Source: an uncultured Bacilli bacterium
Lineage (GTDB): Bacteria; Bacillota_I; Bacilli_A; RF39; UBA660
Direction of reading: 5' to 3'
Length of the DNA stretch: 48,473 nucleotides
Assembly (NCBI GenBank): GCA_944358525.1
Contig: CALVRI010000005.1
Coordinates: 1 to 48,473 of the forward strand
Within the stretch, counting starts at the first letter, position 1; every line of letters begins with the position of its first letter. A program made the translations under genes and the position numbers. Shown one piece after another: positions 29,132 through 38,610 of the stretch. Below the pieces are notes generated by a model. The model saw only the letters and a program-made list of their open reading frames with translations, had not been told where the DNA came from and searched no databases.

Positions 29132-29195
29132 AAAATATAAAGTTCTACTATATAAAAATACCAAACATCATAATTGGCAAATAATATATAATTAA

Positions 29196-29215
29196 AACTA
29201 GGCCTAAGCCTAGTT
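29196..29215 (-). terminator. hairpin after the HerA gene
   Basis: aactaggc-ctaa-gcctagtt. Confidence 0.6.
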
Positions 29216-29239
29216 CAACATACAAAATTTCAGCAAATA

Positions 29240-31009
29240 TTATCTATCAATAAACCAATTGCCAGAGATATCACAACTACTTGAAGATGGAGCCGGATCT
29301 GGCTTATCCATTTTAATAAGTACTGGCACATGAAAAGCACTTCCAAACCCAATACAATTACCTGGTTGTAAAATCCTAAGTCTTTTAACAATTTCATTAG
29401 TAATATTTGGAACCATATCTCTAATATATTGAATATCTCTAGGATGTAACATTTTAAATATTAGGAAATTACTACACTGAGAAATAGATGTCTCAGATAA
29501 ATCAGATGGTCTTTGTGAAATTAACCCCAAAAGTACTCCGTACTTACGTCCTTCTTTAGTAATTCTATCAAAAATATTATAGCCAAGTAAATTAACATCA
29601 TTATCATTCTGAACATATCTATGAGCTTCTTCCAAAATAATATGAAAAGGAAGTGTTGCTCTTTGTTTCAAATTTTTAGCATAATCAAATAATAATTTAG
29701 AATAAATCTTCGTAATAATTTTTGCAAACCTATCATCTACATAGTTAATATTAAAATTAATAATTTGAGTTTTTCTACCATTTGGTGCCATAAGTAATTC
29801 TTTAATATATTCATCTCTAGTAACATATCTGTCACATTCAAAATATTTTGCATAATCACCATTAAGTAAAGTGTGAAGACGAACCTTTAACACATTATTT
29901 TCATCATACACTTTATTACTATTAAGTGCACCTTCTGAAAGCAAAGCAAAATCCAAAGCCATACTCAAATCTTCAAGGCCATACTTAAATGAACCATCTG
30001 GCATTGAAAGTTCTATTGATTCATCTAAAAATGATTGCATAAAATTAGTAAGTAATTCCATTTCTCTAATTTTACCAGAAGCATCAATAATTAAACACTG
30101 TTTTAAAGTTCGTACATAACCCGGTTGATATATCTGAGTATCCAAATTCAAATCTTTTGTATGATAATAAGAAAGAAGTGAAAAAATTTGGTCACGAATT
30201 TGAGCTGAATTTTTACCGCTTGATAAAATATCCAAAATAGCTCTTGCAATAATATCATTCTTTTGTTTAATAACTTCTTCTTCATCTCTGACAAATAATC
30301 CAACTAATTTAAGAGTCTTCTCAATAATTGGAAGCTGGGTTGGACTTTCGGCATTTAAAAGTAAAGCAATATCATCAGTGGTAAGTAACCATAAAGGAAT
30401 TTTTAAAATCTCCGTATCACTAATATTTACATTTGTTGTATATGCTTTAAAACTTAATTCTGGAACTTTTTTACTAATATCTTTAAATGCACTATGATAT
30501 TCACCATAAGCATCAAAAATAAATATACTTGCTCTATATGCCACAGTATCTTTTTTATCAAATATACTTTGTAAAAGTCTTGCTACTCCCCATGATTTTC
30601 CACTTCCAGTTGATCCAAATATTGCGAAATGATTCGCAAAAAATTGATTTATATCAAAACCAATTTTAACCCCTGGATAAACTGGACTTTCACCAATATA
30701 TACATCTTCCCTTTCTTTATAATCCGCAACACTAATAATCATTGGAATTTTCTCTTTAGAAATTAATTTCACTTTAGCTCCGAATGAAGGTTTACGTATA
30801 ACTCCAAATACAAACTGATTATTAACAAGTTCACCAATTAAATTAACATATGCAATACCATCTTTAATGTCAACAATCTCCCCAACAAGCATCTTATCAG
30901 GATCTTCCATAACCACATGTAAATTAATTAAACTTTGAAACTCGTTAAGATTAATCGCAAGTTTAAGTAAAACAGTATCTTCTTCCACTCCAATTATCGT
31001 TCCTAACAT
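29240..31009 (-). CDS. HerA/DUF87 family ATPase (FtsK-HerA superfamily)
   Basis: N-terminal beta-barrel-like region, HFAIFGSTGSGKS, FDAYGEY, ILEEAHRY, KEGRKYG, SQRPS. Confidence 0.88.
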   Translation of the reverse strand: MLGTIIGVEEDTVLLKLAINLNEFQSLINLHVVMEDPDKMLVGEIVDIKDGIAYVNLIGELVNNQFVFGVIRKPSFGAKVKLISKEKIPMIISVADYKEREDVYIGESPVYPGVKIGFDINQFFANHFAIFGSTGSGKSWGVARLLQSIFDKKDTVAYRASIFIFDAYGEYHSAFKDISKKVPELSFKAYTTNVNISDTEILKIPLWLLTTDDIALLLNAESPTQLPIIEKTLKLVGLFVRDEEEVIKQKNDIIARAILDILSSGKNSAQIRDQIFSLLSYYHTKDLNLDTQIYQPGYVRTLKQCLIIDASGKIREMELLTNFMQSFLDESIELSMPDGSFKYGLEDLSMALDFALLSEGALNSNKVYDENNVLKVRLHTLLNGDYAKYFECDRYVTRDEYIKELLMAPNGRKTQIINFNINYVDDRFAKIITKIYSKLLFDYAKNLKQRATLPFHIILEEAHRYVQNDNDVNLLGYNIFDRITKEGRKYGVLLGLISQRPSDLSETSISQCSNFLIFKMLHPRDIQYIRDMVPNITNEIVKRLRILQPGNCIGFGSAFHVPVLIKMDKPDPAPSSSSCDISGNWFIDR

Positions 31010-31062
31010 ATCATCACCCTATTATAATTTTATCACAAAATAAGCACTAATAAAAGAAAAAA

Positions 31063-32025
31063 TCAGATTATTGTATCTCTGATTAAATATTTACACTCCT
31101 TTGTTAGCCATAAAGTAACATCACAATTTTTCTTAAAAGTAATAAATCCAAGCCCCTTAATTACTAAATCTTGATTAATTCCTATTTTAAAATCATACCT
31201 TTTTAATATACTTTCTCTATCTTTATAAACTCTTCGAATTTCTATATCATTAGACATATAACAAATTATATTAGTATCCTCTAAATCAAGTCTCATAAAA
31301 TCCTCAAAAAACAAATACTGTTTACCTTTAACCTGATAACTAATAGGTCTAATTTCTTTTTTAGGAGTAATTTTTTTTAATAATTCTTTAGAAGATAAAA
31401 GTACTAAGCTGCCACTATCCAAAAGTCCTGGAGTATCTATCAAAGTAAGTTCATTATTTACCTTATTATTAATCAAATCTAATGTGGTTGACGGTAAATT
31501 ACTAGTTGTAATTTCACCAACTATATTTCCATAATTTTTTAACATTTTATTAACAAGTGTAGATTTACCTGCATTAGTATAACCAATCACATAAACATTA
31601 TTAGTTTTTTTATACTTTAAAATTTCACTATAAAGCAAATCCAAATTAAAATTATTCTTACTAGAAATCAAAATCTTTGAAACCACATTGAGCTTGCATT
31701 TTATCCTTTTTAATAAACCTTCTTTATTAATACTTCTAGGTAATAAATCAGCTTTAGTTACCACTAGTATTACTGGACTATCTACTTTTAAATCATCTAA
31801 ATTATATAAATTTAAAAAATCAGTAACCAATATAATTAAATCTTTTTTTAAATCTATCTCTTTAATAATTTGTGTATAATCCTTATCTTTTACCCTTACA
31901 TATCTATTATAATGTTTAATATTAAAACATCGTTCACATAACTCATTACTTAAATCATTAGTATACCCTTCTTCATTTGGATAAACATCTTGTAAAATAG
32001 CTCCACACCCAATACACCTAGTCAT
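31063..32025 (-). CDS. yqeH: ribosome biogenesis GTPase YqeH
   Basis: CIGCG...CERC zinc finger, TKADL, GYTNAGKST, DTPG (circularly permuted); start moved to ATG 32025. Confidence 0.9.
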   Translation of the reverse strand: MTRCIGCGAILQDVYPNEEGYTNDLSNELCERCFNIKHYNRYVRVKDKDYTQIIKEIDLKKDLIILVTDFLNLYNLDDLKVDSPVILVVTKADLLPRSINKEGLLKRIKCKLNVVSKILISSKNNFNLDLLYSEILKYKKTNNVYVIGYTNAGKSTLVNKMLKNYGNIVGEITTSNLPSTTLDLINNKVNNELTLIDTPGLLDSGSLVLLSSKELLKKITPKKEIRPISYQVKGKQYLFFEDFMRLDLEDTNIICYMSNDIEIRRVYKDRESILKRYDFKIGINQDLVIKGLGFITFKKNCDVTLWLTKECKYLIRDTII

Positions 32026-32539
32026 AATATCTTCCTTGCCAAAACAAATCATGATCTCTTAATTTCTTCATTTTTCTTCTCTCCGAAAATCTGTGAATTT
32101 TTGTCAAAATAAAATCTTTATTACATACTGGATTTACTAAAATAGTTGTAATACCAACTTTATTTCCAACCTTAATATCTGTCATTAGTTGATCTCCAAC
32201 AATAGCTACTTCATTTACAGAATATCTATAATCATTAAGTAACTTACGTAATTTCCGAGTAAATGGTTTACATGCACTTGATACACCATCAACACCAAAG
32301 AAATTCATAAATCCTTTTAATCTAATTTTAGGACTATTGGTAAAAATAATAATTTTAAAACCTTTCTGTTTTAAGCTAGTAAATAAATCTTTAGCTTTTT
32401 GTGGAGCTTCACTACTATAAGGAGGCACAATAGTGTTATCTAAATCAAATAATATACATTTTATTCCACGGTTAAGTAGCTTAGAATAATCAATCGTATA
32501 AATACTTTTTTGATAAATATCTGGTAAATATTCTTCCAT
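32018..32539 (-). CDS. yqeG: YqeG HAD IIIA phosphatase
   Basis: FDLDNT, KP, VGDQLMTD; directly upstream of yqeH. Confidence 0.92.
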   Translation of the reverse strand: MEEYLPDIYQKSIYTIDYSKLLNRGIKCILFDLDNTIVPPYSSEAPQKAKDLFTSLKQKGFKIIIFTNSPKIRLKGFMNFFGVDGVSSACKPFTRKLRKLLNDYRYSVNEVAIVGDQLMTDIKVGNKVGITTILVNPVCNKDFILTKIHRFSERRKMKKLRDHDLFWQGRYYD

Positions 32540-32602
32540 AAATTTCCTCCTTTAATTCCTAATATAATAATATCACATTTTTCCTTTTATCTTCAATACC
32601 TT

Positions 32603-33775
32603 TTAAAATTCATTCCTATCGATATCTGAAAGAAAATAAGGAAAAATTAAAACTATTAAACCAATAAAAATTAAAAAATATACTAAATAATCTAATCCTA
32701 AAATTCCTACAAACAAAAGTAAAACAAATCCTGTTACTCTGCCAATATTCAAAAATAGTTCACTAATGGCCCAAAATTCTGCTTTTTCTTCTTTTTTTAC
32801 ATTTTCTTTAGCCATATTAACAAGTCTTAAAATATAAGCAAAGTTTAAAATACCTGCACCAAATATACCTAATATAACATTATAAATTACTATAGTTAAA
32901 TCTGATGTTTTTAAAATTAATAATATCATGGATAAAAATATAATTACTCCAGAAAAATATAAAGGTACTCTATCGCTTTTATTTTTATATTTTTTAGTGT
33001 AAATATAGATAGCTATTAAGCTAAGCAATGAAGTCAATGAAGTAATCACACCTAAATTAAAATCAGTTTTAAAGGACATCATAATCAAAATAGTTATAGC
33101 TGTACTTAAAGCACTATCTGAAAACGTCATACCATTTAGATATTGAACTAAAAATAATTTTCTATGATCTTTATTTTTCATTAGCTTTTTTAAAGCATTT
33201 ATTAAATTATAGTTCCTATCATCATTTAAAACAGGTTTTAAATAGAAAGAAGCAACTATCTGACAAAAAGAAAAAAATAAAACTATAATCGCTGTCATTT
33301 GATAATTAATAATGGTAATGGTAGCACCTAATAAAATAGGGCCTAGCACACTTGTTAAATCTTTCATCATATTTAATTTAAGTTCAAAAGATGTTCTTCT
33401 TTCTTTTTCTACCCCTTCCGCATGATACAAATCAAAAGGAATATAGAAAAACATTTGTGCAAAACCAAATACAAAGGAAACGATACCATAATAAGAAGTG
33501 ATATTAGTTCCCAAAAACATAATAAGTAATACGCAAAAAAATTTAGCAATTATTCCTAATCTTAAAACAAATAAAGTTCCTTTTTTTTCTACATAATATC
33601 CTGCTATCATACCAAAAATAGCTAAAAACAAATAATTAAAAGCATTAAAAAGAGATACTGTAGTAATGCTTTCTATAGATATTTTTACAAAATAAGCTGT
33701 TAAAAAAGGGCCTAAAAAAACATTAATTAATTTCATAAAACCATATATTACAAGCATTGCTCTTTCGTTTTTCAT
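32603..33775 (-). CDS. MFS transporter
   Basis: About 12 TM, ELFLNIGR near the C-terminus; start moved to ATG 33775 behind GAGGTG, with its own TGnTATAAT. Confidence 0.8.
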   Translation of the reverse strand: MKNERAMLVIYGFMKLINVFLGPFLTAYFVKISIESITTVSLFNAFNYLFLAIFGMIAGYYVEKKGTLFVLRLGIIAKFFCVLLIMFLGTNITSYYGIVSFVFGFAQMFFYIPFDLYHAEGVEKERRTSFELKLNMMKDLTSVLGPILLGATITIINYQMTAIIVLFFSFCQIVASFYLKPVLNDDRNYNLINALKKLMKNKDHRKLFLVQYLNGMTFSDSALSTAITILIMMSFKTDFNLGVITSLTSLLSLIAIYIYTKKYKNKSDRVPLYFSGVIIFLSMILLILKTSDLTIVIYNVILGIFGAGILNFAYILRLVNMAKENVKKEEKAEFWAISELFLNIGRVTGFVLLLFVGILGLDYLVYFLIFIGLIVLIFPYFLSDIDRNEF

Positions 33776-33829
33776 ACCACACCTCATTATAAATTATATC
33801 AAATTAAAACAAAATACCAAAATAAATTT

Positions 33830-33960
33830 TAACTAGCTTACCTCACAGTAAGTTTTTTCACTCTTCTTGAAGTCTTAGACTCATAGATCAATATCGAATA
33901 GTGGCTACCCTAATTTATATTTAACATACTATCATTCGCAACGAGTATATCACATACTAT
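33830..33960 (-). other. unassigned GC-elevated structured non-coding element
   Basis: Hairpins gagtc-taa-gactt and cttac-tgtgag-gtaag, pairing cgaat..agt/actattcg, and a 9-bp direct repeat acatactat (33924, 33952). Confidence 0.35.
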
Positions 33961-34054
33961 TTATTTTTTTACAAACAAACGTTTTTACTTATTCAGAATT
34001 TATTTTTCAAAGCAAATTCCTAATATAATGTCTATAAAGAAAAAACAATATAAG

Positions 34055-35224
34055 TTAATTTAAACTTATATTGCCCATAACCATATCTTTAACATTTCTC
34101 AAAAACAAATTTCCGAAATTAGCTCGCTCCACATTCTTATCTACTGTTAAGTTTAAAGTTTTAACACTATTTCCATCTTCTTTAATTGTTAAAGTTCCTA
34201 CATTATCTCCAATTTTTAAAGGAGCTTTTAGTGCTTTTAATTTTATATCATAACTTAAATTTCCATCTTTTTCACTCTTCTTCTTAACAACAGTCGCTTC
34301 TTCTAACGGTACAACTTTAACATATTCATCCTTACCATTTTCAACCCTATACTTTCCAAGTGAACTTTTATTTTTAAGCATATTGATAACCTTATATTGA
34401 GCGAATGCATAATCAAGCATTTCACTAACTTCTTGATTACGTATTTTACTAGTATCTTCACCCATAACTACTGCGATAATTCGCATACCATCTTTCTCAG
34501 CAGTTGCCGTCATACAATATCCAGCATCCTCAGTATATCCAGTTTTTAATCCATCAACACCATCATAAAATCTAACTAATCGATTTGTATTAACAAGCCA
34601 TATTTTCCTATCAGTATCTTCTCTTAAATAATCTTCGTAAATTTTTGTATATTCTAAAACTTCTTTATGTTTAACAAGTTCTTTAGCAATAATTGACATA
34701 TCTCTACTACTAGAATAATGATTTGCATCATCTAAACCATGTGGATTTTTAAAATTAGTGTTAGTAAGGCCTAACTCGCTCGCCCTCTTATTCATCATAC
34801 TAACAAAATTATTAACACTTCCAGCAACTGTTTCAGCTAAAGCTACCACTGCATCATTACCAGAAGCAATAGCTACACCTTTAAATAAATCACGAACACT
34901 CATCTTTTCTCCAATTTCTAGTAATATTTGACTTCCACCCATACTAGATGCATTTTCACTTACTTGTACTACTTGATCCCATTTTATAACTCCATCTTCA
35001 ATAGCTTCTATTATTAAAAGCATACTCATCATCTTTGTCATACTAGCTGGATGTAATTTCTCATCCGCATTTTTTTCAAACAAAATTTTACCTGTACTTG
35101 CTTCTATTAAAATAGCCGATTTTGCATTCTCTGCTAATTTCAAATCATCAGCTTGAACAGAAAAAACAAACGTAAAATTAAATAAAATCAAAAAAGTAAA
35201 TACCACTAACATTATTTTTTTCAT
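34055..35224 (-). CDS. dacF: D-alanyl-D-alanine carboxypeptidase, DacF-like
   Basis: SAILIE, PASMTK, GGSQI, SGNDA, LVNTNRLV, DGLKTG, resembling B. subtilis DacF. Confidence 0.85.
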   Translation of the reverse strand: MKKIMLVVFTFLILFNFTFVFSVQADDLKLAENAKSAILIEASTGKILFEKNADEKLHPASMTKMMSMLLIIEAIEDGVIKWDQVVQVSENASSMGGSQILLEIGEKMSVRDLFKGVAIASGNDAVVALAETVAGSVNNFVSMMNKRASELGLTNTNFKNPHGLDDANHYSSSRDMSIIAKELVKHKEVLEYTKIYEDYLREDTDRKIWLVNTNRLVRFYDGVDGLKTGYTEDAGYCMTATAEKDGMRIIAVVMGEDTSKIRNQEVSEMLDYAFAQYKVINMLKNKSSLGKYRVENGKDEYVKVVPLEEATVVKKKSEKDGNLSYDIKLKALKAPLKIGDNVGTLTIKEDGNSVKTLNLTVDKNVERANFGNLFLRNVKDMVMGNISLN

Positions 35225-35285
35225 AACATCGCCCCTATTAAAAAATATGTCAAAAAATATTTTTTATAACAAAAAAGACTACTTT

Positions 35286-35651
35286 CTAGCAGTCTTCCTG
35301 AACAAACTCATAAGTATATTGATTATTATCAGCTTCATAACTTATTCTAACAATCCCACATAATTCCTTACTATTTTTAGGATCCTTTAAATCAGAACTA
35401 TCAATATAACCTTCATCAGCCAAATCTTTAATATCAACATCTACTATGTCACCGTCATTGTATGGCATTTTATCCGCATTAATTGTTCCCCATTTTTCAG
35501 CCGCATCTTCGATTGTATTTTTTTGAGTTTCTGAAAGTGAAGAACGCGACCTATTCATAATCCCAATAACTGATGTAGTCACTAATACAGCAATTATTCC
35601 TAACAGTGCAATTACAACAAGTAATTCAATTAATGTAAATCCTTTTTTCAT
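35286..35651 (-). CDS. type IV pilin / ComG-like prepilin
   Basis: MKKG/FTLIELL class III signal, L..EGYI..KDP motif; start moved to ATG 35651. Confidence 0.85.
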   Translation of the reverse strand: MKKGFTLIELLVVIALLGIIAVLVTTSVIGIMNRSRSSLSETQKNTIEDAAEKWGTINADKMPYNDGDIVDVDIKDLADEGYIDSSDLKDPKNSKELCGIVRISYEADNNQYTYEFVQEDC

Positions 35652-35652
35652 A

Positions 35653-36027
35653 TTAACACTCTCCATTATATTCATAGACAAATTGATAATCCTTATAACT
35701 TATACATATTTTAGTTTCTAAAGAAATATCTCCTTTATCAGTCATATCTTTAATAGACTTATCTTCCAAATAACCAGAATCTTGCAATTCTTTAATTGTT
35801 ACATATTTTTTCTCATCACCATTATAATAAATTTTTCCATCATTTTCACTTAAATTAACAGTTCCCCACTGCCTAGCCGCATTTATAACAGCGGATTGTT
35901 GTTCATTATTTAATCTATTTTGTGTTCTATTCAAAATTCCTGTTACACTAGGCATAACAATTAATAATACAATACCTAAAATAGCAATTACTGCCAATAA
36001 CTCAATTAAAGTAAATCCTTTTTTCAT
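35653..36027 (-). CDS. type IV pilin / ComG-like prepilin
   Basis: MKKG/FTLIELL, LQDSGYL; start moved to ATG 36027 behind GGAGG. Confidence 0.85.
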   Translation of the reverse strand: MKKGFTLIELLAVIAILGIVLLIVMPSVTGILNRTQNRLNNEQQSAVINAARQWGTVNLSENDGKIYYNGDEKKYVTIKELQDSGYLEDKSIKDMTDKGDISLETKICISYKDYQFVYEYNGEC

Positions 36028-36058
36028 AAGCTCCTCCACTATTATTAATAATATCACA

Positions 36059-36583
36059 TCAATTATTTTTATTCAAATGCAGTCTATTAAACTCAAATAC
36101 TTTTAAATCCTTTTCTAGAAAAGAAAAAGCACTAATAACAAATAATAAGATATAACCTAAAATCAAAAATGTCGCATCAAAACACGCATAATATAAACCA
36201 TAAGTAATAGCAGTTGACATACCAGAAAGTCTAACTAATTTCATATCACTTTGCCATAAACAATAAACTCTAATTATAGAACCAATAGTCGGTAAAAAAG
36301 ATATCATACCTTGCCATGTTAAAATACAATTCACACAAACTAAAAATTCAAAAAAAACCAACAAGAAAAAATATAAATCCTTATTAAATTTATTTTTATG
36401 GCAGAAAAGAAGTGATCTGATAAAATTAATAAAACTAAGTACCGCTCCCGTTAAAGCACCTATAGTAAAATCAAAAATAGATTCAAACAAACAACTTAAT
36501 GATTGCAGATTTAATGATATACTTCTAGATTTAACACAAACACTCAAAAAAAGCATAATAAATGTCAAAACACTAAAAATCAT
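36059..36583 (-). CDS. YgjV-family inner membrane protein
   Basis: GALTGA...IRS, TWQG..S.LP, WQ...K..R pattern; fully hydrophobic; start moved to ATG 36583. Confidence 0.65.
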   Translation of the reverse strand: MIFSVLTFIMLFLSVCVKSRSISLNLQSLSCLFESIFDFTIGALTGAVLSFINFIRSLLFCHKNKFNKDLYFFLLVFFEFLVCVNCILTWQGMISFLPTIGSIIRVYCLWQSDMKLVRLSGMSTAITYGLYYACFDATFLILGYILLFVISAFSFLEKDLKVFEFNRLHLNKNN

Positions 36584-36674
36584 AATACCACCTATAATTA
36601 CTTTACCACAAAATATCAATAGTAAACATTAAAAAAAAAGCATCATGCATAAATTGACACCTTTTTACAAAATT

Positions 36675-36917
36675 CTAAAAAGAATCTATATTAATAATTA
36701 CATGTTTTTCATGGTTCAAATAACTACTAGCTTGAACAATTGTCCTAATAGAACTTGCAATCATTCCTTTTTTACCAATTACTCTACCCATATCATCGTT
36801 ACTTACTAAAACTTCGATTGTAATCTTATCTTCATCATCAAAAGCTTTTACTGATACCATATCTGGATTTTTGACTAAACTTTTAACCAAAAATTCGGTT
36901 AAATTACCTAACTGCAT
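36675..36917 (-). CDS. khpA: KH-domain RNA-binding protein
   Basis: DMGRVIGKKG..A..IR; follows rpsP. Confidence 0.92.
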   Translation of the reverse strand: MQLGNLTEFLVKSLVKNPDMVSVKAFDDEDKITIEVLVSNDDMGRVIGKKGMIASSIRTIVQASSYLNHEKHVIINIDSF

Positions 36918-36919
36918 AA

Positions 36920-37201
36920 TTATTTACTTTCTTTTGAATATTTTATCTCATGGAATTTTTTATTAATTCCTTTTTTATTAAATAAACTTTTTACTGTATC
37001 AGTAGGAATAGCTCCATCTTTAAGCCATTTTAAAGCAACTTCTTCATTAATATTAATTTCTGCTGGTTGGGTAATAGGATTATAAGTACCAATTAATTCA
37101 ATATACTTACCATCTCTTTTTACTCTTGAATCAGCAGCTACAATACGATAAAATGGTTTTCTTTTAGCTCCCATTCTTAAAAGTCTTAATTTAACTGCCA
37201 T
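36920..37201 (-). CDS. rpsP: 30S ribosomal protein S16
   Basis: [26 protein letters not shown]...GTYNP. Confidence 0.99.
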   Translation of the reverse strand: MAVKLRLLRMGAKRKPFYRIVAADSRVKRDGKYIELIGTYNPITQPAEININEEVALKWLKDGAIPTDTVKSLFNKKGINKKFHEIKYSKESK

Positions 37202-37278
37202 AATATCCCTCCGTTTCTGAAAATAATTCTACCATAAAACAAACTAAGTGTCAACCTTTTTACGTTAACAATTATATT

Positions 37279-37968
37279 CTATTTTTCTAACACTTTAACC
37301 TTATTTTTATAACTATCTATATCAATAATAAATCCTTTAGGTACAAAAGCTATAGGTACAAATAAACTTTTTTTATCACTTACTGAAAACACTTCACAGT
37401 TCATCATATCATGACCAATATATTCTCCAGTAAGCCAAAAATATAAATAATGATTAACTGTTCCATGACCAAATATTAAAATATAATCATATTTATTAGA
37501 TAAAGTTAACTTTTGTATTTCTAAAGCAAGTTTTTTAACTCTTGCTTTAACCTGATTTTTACTTTCACCACCTGTATATATAGCATTATCTAAATCTTTT
37601 TTAGCATCCTCAAAATATTTTTTACTCTCAGGATACATTCTTAAAACCTCATCCACCGTATGAGCATAATGAACCCCAGAATTAAATTCTTTTAATTCAT
37701 CATTTATATGTATATCATAACTACTATGCATTTTAGATAAAGCATATTTTAATGTTTGTTGAACCCTCAAATAAGGACTAGAAATAATTAAAATTTTACC
37801 TTTTAACTTATCTAAAAATTCACCCAACTCTAAAGCTTGCTTTACTCCATATTCTTTTTCAATAGGCATATCCTTATCTTTTGCAATTTGCCATAAACCT
37901 TCTTGCCCATTATAACTCGCATTATTTGCCGGAGTAAAAGCATGTCTAATTAAATAAACCTTTGTCAT
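37279..37968 (-). CDS. histidine phosphatase superfamily protein
   Basis: YLIRHA, SSPYLRVQQT, LKE, GES, GHG; start moved to ATG 37968. Confidence 0.85.
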   Translation of the reverse strand: MTKVYLIRHAFTPANNASYNGQEGLWQIAKDKDMPIEKEYGVKQALELGEFLDKLKGKILIISSPYLRVQQTLKYALSKMHSSYDIHINDELKEFNSGVHYAHTVDEVLRMYPESKKYFEDAKKDLDNAIYTGGESKNQVKARVKKLALEIQKLTLSNKYDYILIFGHGTVNHYLYFWLTGEYIGHDMMNCEVFSVSDKKSLFVPIAFVPKGFIIDIDSYKNKVKVLEK

Positions 37969-38007
37969 AATCAATCACCCTAAAAATATTATACCAAAAA
38001 AGTGCGA

Positions 38008-38550
38008 TTATTCCGCACTTAAATAATCTTCTGATACCTTTTCATCAATCTCCTTTAAAGTATCATCATCAACATCATCGACTATTTCATCCCAAGGCTC
38101 TTCATCATCCTCAACAGCTATCTTAACTTTAGTTTCACCAACTATCTCCACACCAAGTTCTTTTTCAATATTAAATGAAATCATATTATCATCTTGAATA
38201 TTAACTCCAGAGCACGTCGGTTGTTTTAAAGACCTAACAATAATATCCGTATCACCAGATAAATCAGCATTTTCTCTTAATCTAACATTAAATAAATCAT
38301 TGTACTCAATTTTTTTATTAATAACTGCTGTTTTACTATCATTTTCATAAGAATACCAAATATTTATATCAAAAGATCCATCTACCCCAACTTTATCGCC
38401 AGATTTATAACCTTTAAATTTATGATTAATTACCCAACACCCAAGTACAGTCGTGGGTTTATTCTCAGCCTCTAAAGTATAACTATTCTTAAAATGCTTC
38501 TTACCCTTACCAATAATTGCCTTGGTTACTATTTCTTTATATGATGCCAC
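38008..38550 (-). CDS. cotE: outer spore coat morphogenetic protein
   Basis: YKEIVTKAIIGKG, LGCWVINH, DINIWYSY, VEIVGETKV and an acidic tail; GTG start at 38550 behind GGGGTGA. Confidence 0.92.
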   Translation of the reverse strand: MASYKEIVTKAIIGKGKKHFKNSYTLEAENKPTTVLGCWVINHKFKGYKSGDKVGVDGSFDINIWYSYENDSKTAVINKKIEYNDLFNVRLRENADLSGDTDIIVRSLKQPTCSGVNIQDDNMISFNIEKELGVEIVGETKVKIAVEDDEEPWDEIVDDVDDDTLKEIDEKVSEDYLSAE

Positions 38551-38567
38551 TTTATCACCCCTCACTT

Positions 38568-38594
38568 TAAGATATGCATTTCACCTAAAAAAGT
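38568..38594 (-). promoter_or_regulatory. sigK-like promoter of cotE
   Basis: AC-N16-CATATCTTA on the minus strand, the B. subtilis sigK consensus AC-N16-CATAnnnT. Confidence 0.55.
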
Positions 38595-38610
38595 ACACAA
38601 AAAAAGTAGC

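Noticed and set aside
35240-35270. sigE-like promoter upstream of dacF (TTATAA...CATATTT)
   Set aside because: Spacing is about 1 nt short of consensus and the sequence is low complexity.
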